A stretch of DNA of 64,000 nucleotides, taken from the NCBI GenBank assembly GCA_951812955.1, contig OX638340.1:96001-160000 (forward strand). Direction: 5' to 3'. The stretch comes from an uncultured Gemmatimonadota bacterium. Lineage in GTDB: Bacteria; JAAXHH01. The notes under the pieces are model-generated. The model was given only the letters and a program-made list of their open reading frames with translations, was not told the DNA's origin and did no database searches. The position numbers were made by a program, and so were the translations under genes. This document shows positions 61,267 to 64,000 of this stretch, one piece after another; the stretch's first letter is position 1, and each line of letters opens with the position of its first letter.

Positions 61267-62244
61267 ATGGAATACGGCAATATTACGAATGTAGACAAGC
61301 CCGTATCGCGACTGGTTCAGGGTACGATCATGTTGAGTACCGCCGAAGAAGAGTACAGTTTCGACTTGCTGGACCAGGTGTACGAGGCCGGCATAAACAC
61401 CTTCGACAGCGGCCATCTTTACGGGGGTGGCGAATGCGAACGCGCGTTGGGCAAGTGGATCGAGGACCGGGGCCTGCGCGACGAGATTGTTATTCTGACC
61501 AAGTGTTGCCATATGAATTCCGACCGGGAGCGGGTGACGCCCTACGATATCTCGTCTGACCTGCACGATTCGCTGGCCCGGTTGCGCACGGATTACATCG
61601 ATCTCTACCTGCTGCATCGGGATGACATCCGCGTGCCTGTCCGGCCGATCGTGGACCGGCTCAATCACTATATCGGCGCGGGCAACCTGGGCGTAATCGG
61701 CGGATCCAACTGGACCCACGACCGGATCGAGCGAGCCAACCTGTACGCCGCGACAAGCGGGCAGCAGCCTTTCACGGTCAGCAGTCCGAATTTCAGCCTG
61801 GCCGAGCAGGCCGAACCGCCCTGGAGGGGATGCATCAGTATCAGCGGGAAAGACGGCGCCGAAGCGCGTTCGTGGTACCAGGAAAACCAGATGCCGCTCT
61901 TTACCTGGTCCAGTATCGCCAGTGGTTTCTTTTCGGGCAGGGTGAACCGGGAGAACTATGACGGGATGGTCGAACAGGGCCTGCTCGACGAGAGCACGGT
62001 AAGGGCCTACTGCACGGACGACAACTTCGAACGGCTGGACCGTGTCGGACAGTTGGCGGAGGAAAAAGAACTGTCCATCCCCCAGATCGCCCTGGCCTAC
62101 GTCCTCGGACAGCCCTTGAATATCTACGCCCTCGTAGGCGCCCGAAACGGCGATGAAATCAGTGCCAACCTGCAGGCATTGCAAACTGAGCTCTCCGCGG
62201 AAGAGATGGCCTGGTTGAACCTGGAACGACCGGAACGTCCGTGA
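61267..62244 (+). CDS. aldo/keto reductase family oxidoreductase
   Basis: FDSGHLYGGGECE, ILTKC and YIDLYLLHRDD, i.e. the AKR catalytic tetrad context. Confidence 0.85.
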   Translation: MEYGNITNVDKPVSRLVQGTIMLSTAEEEYSFDLLDQVYEAGINTFDSGHLYGGGECERALGKWIEDRGLRDEIVILTKCCHMNSDRERVTPYDISSDLHDSLARLRTDYIDLYLLHRDDIRVPVRPIVDRLNHYIGAGNLGVIGGSNWTHDRIERANLYAATSGQQPFTVSSPNFSLAEQAEPPWRGCISISGKDGAEARSWYQENQMPLFTWSSIASGFFSGRVNRENYDGMVEQGLLDESTVRAYCTDDNFERLDRVGQLAEEKELSIPQIALAYVLGQPLNIYALVGARNGDEISANLQALQTELSAEEMAWLNLERPERP

Positions 62245-63953
62245 CCTGGTGGAAGAACTCGCAGACCGGTGGGGACATGATCATGAACAAGGTTACGAAA
62301 ACTGCAGCATTCTGCATTTGCGGGCTGGCAGTGATAACCTGCGTACTCTTGCTTGCCGGCCACCCTGATGCCCAGGTGCATAACGTCGTGGGCAAGGCGA
62401 TGCCCGATGATGCGGCGCCGCTGGACCGGCAGGTCTTCCGCTTTCTGAACGACGAACCGACCAACCTGGACATCGGCGTGGCCATCTACGAGGTGGGCGG
62501 CATTGTATTCCTCTTCGAACGCCTCACCATGCTGGACCACAACAACCGGGTGATACCGGGCGCCGCGACGGAATGGACGGCCAACGAGGACCAGTCGAAG
62601 TGGACCTTCAGCATGCGGCCCGGCGCCCGTTGGAGCGACGGCCGGCCAGTGACGGCCCACGATTTCGAATACAGCTACAAGCGCATGCTGGACCCGGCGT
62701 CGGGGAGCGGATACGCCTTTTTCTACTACAACATCAGGGGCGCGCGGGAATTCAACACCGGGCAGAACGCCGATCCGAACTCAGTAGGCGTTTACGCGGT
62801 GGACGATATGACCCTGGTCATCGAAACCGAAGGGCCCTGCCCCTATCTGCCCATGATCGCCGCATTCTTCACGTCGATTCCAGTACCGCGCTGGCAGGAG
62901 GAGAAATTCGGCCCCCGCTGGGCGTCCGACGAGAACGTCGTCAGCAATTCATCCTACAAGGTCGATCGCTGGCGTATCGGTGAGCGCCTTACGTTGTCGC
63001 TCGACGCCTACTACAACGGACCGGTAAAGGGGTTCTTTTCGCAGATCCATTCCATTTTCAAGAACCGGGGCAACACCGGGCTGCTTTCGTACGAAAACGA
63101 CGAGTTGGACCTGGTGCAGATCGACGTGCGCGAACTCAGCCGGATCGAGCAGGACCCGGTGTTGAGCACACAGCTGCACAAGTACATGGATTTCAACGCG
63201 CTCTACCTGTTTTTCAAGACGCGGGAAGGCCTGTTCAGCGACCTTCGCGTGCGACAGGCCATCAGCCACGCCATCGACCGCGACGCGCTTTGCAACATCG
63301 TGCTCCGGGACACGGCGCTTCCTGCGTACACCATGCTGCCCCCGGGTTTCCCGGGTTATTCCGGCGATGAATTGAAGGACGTGCAGCGATACGACCCCGA
63401 ATTGGCCAGGCGCCTGCTGGCCGAAGCCGGATATCCAGGAGGACGGGGGTTCCCATCCGTGGACATCTGGCTGCGCAACGACCCGAACCGTATCATGGCC
63501 GCCGAGGCCGTATCGGGCATGCTGTCCAACAACCTGGGCCTAAAGGTCGGCGTGCGGAACATGGAGCCCCGGGTCTACAGCGAGGCCATGGCCCAGTACC
63601 GGATCGACCTCAGCCTGATCCCCTTCCAGTACGATTTCCCCGACCCCCACAACCTCCTCGGCATGGTCTGGCACTCGCAGCCCGTGGGCGCGGGACGGCA
63701 TGACTGGATGAACGCGGAGTTCGACCGCCTTGTAGACGACGCGGCGCGGGAGACCGATGCAGAACGCCGATTCGAGATGTATCGCGAGGCGGAACGGATC
63801 CTGGTCGAGGACGTGGGCGGCGTCTTCCTCTACCACGACTACTTCCTGCAGCTTCGCAAACCCTGGCTGGCGGGCTGGCAAAAGGACTCCATGGGCCAGG
63901 AACCCTTCTTCATCGACAATTCCACGATTACGGATCTGTATATACGGCGGTAG
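62241..63953 (+). CDS. ABC-type solute-binding protein, family 5 (peptide/opine-type), with an N-terminal signal anchor
   Basis: SBP_bac_5 architecture. The GTG start overlaps the AKR stop (gTGA); an alternative ATG lies at 62277. Confidence 0.8.
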   Translation: MTWWKNSQTGGDMIMNKVTKTAAFCICGLAVITCVLLLAGHPDAQVHNVVGKAMPDDAAPLDRQVFRFLNDEPTNLDIGVAIYEVGGIVFLFERLTMLDHNNRVIPGAATEWTANEDQSKWTFSMRPGARWSDGRPVTAHDFEYSYKRMLDPASGSGYAFFYYNIRGAREFNTGQNADPNSVGVYAVDDMTLVIETEGPCPYLPMIAAFFTSIPVPRWQEEKFGPRWASDENVVSNSSYKVDRWRIGERLTLSLDAYYNGPVKGFFSQIHSIFKNRGNTGLLSYENDELDLVQIDVRELSRIEQDPVLSTQLHKYMDFNALYLFFKTREGLFSDLRVRQAISHAIDRDALCNIVLRDTALPAYTMLPPGFPGYSGDELKDVQRYDPELARRLLAEAGYPGGRGFPSVDIWLRNDPNRIMAAEAVSGMLSNNLGLKVGVRNMEPRVYSEAMAQYRIDLSLIPFQYDFPDPHNLLGMVWHSQPVGAGRHDWMNAEFDRLVDDAARETDAERRFEMYREAERILVEDVGGVFLYHDYFLQLRKPWLAGWQKDSMGQEPFFIDNSTITDLYIRR

Positions 63954-64000
63954 GTGGTTTCTCAGGCGTGCGTTTGTTGAGCAGATGAGCACGCCGCGTC

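Overview
This is a high-GC (~65%) bacterial chromosomal segment that is densely coding, with no transposase, integrase, phage gene or CRISPR array. All calls rest on motif recognition in the translated ORFs; no database search was possible.

The first ~12.6 kb is a minus-strand block of housekeeping genes. It starts with a partial mtnA and a PfkB kinase, then rsfS, a LytR_C protein, a GlmU-N-terminal-like nucleotidyltransferase, folK, folB and a class-I aminotransferase-like gene. groEL follows, with a CIRCE-like element and promoter but no groES, and the block closes with birA, nadC, nnr and a CCA-adding enzyme.

The most unusual locus is a plus-strand hisA followed 24 bp later by a response-regulator receiver fused to a complete Glu/Leu/Phe/Val (glutamate) dehydrogenase. 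Downstream, 31 bp away, lies a 987-aa hybrid histidine kinase with a multi-TM sensor, HisKA/HATPase, two REC domains and an HPt domain. This looks like a phosphorelay whose output is an enzyme rather than a transcription factor. The locus is flanked by a 2-TM K+ channel with tandem RCK domains, an M20 dipeptidase and a glutamate/dicarboxylate symporter.

The middle of the window (23.4-30.6 kb) holds a TPP-dependent E1 alpha/beta pair next to a ThiT-like thiamine transporter component and a Lon N-domain protein. After these come a methylmalonyl-CoA-mutase-family large subunit, a Cys/Met-metabolism PLP enzyme, a tRNA-Gln(UUG) and a small lipoprotein.

A family-5 solute-binding protein, a HAMP sensor kinase and a sigma54-dependent NtrC-type regulator form one operon. 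A GT2 glycosyltransferase lies 61 bp downstream, followed by a TonB-dependent receptor that carries a strong sigma54 -24/-12 promoter.

From 39.7 to 48.4 kb the genes are a VOC protein, an RNB exoribonuclease, an MBL hydrolase, a DegT aminotransferase, a GNAT, ahcY, a Trm112-like protein and an NRAMP-like transporter. A 1260-aa HyuA-HyuB (hydantoinase/oxoprolinase-type) fusion is divergently paired with a beta-carbonic anhydrase.

The last ~11 kb is a peptide or D-amino-acid catabolic-looking cluster with hisF and hisH embedded. It contains a Tat-signal D-aminoacylase, an M24 peptidase, two tandem enolase-superfamily genes, a Gfo/Idh/MocA oxidoreductase, an aldo/keto reductase and a second family-5 SBP.

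The window also contains an unusual number of near-perfect short tandem duplications (20-46 bp units). One of them is an in-frame 30-bp x4 repeat inside the CCA-enzyme gene.
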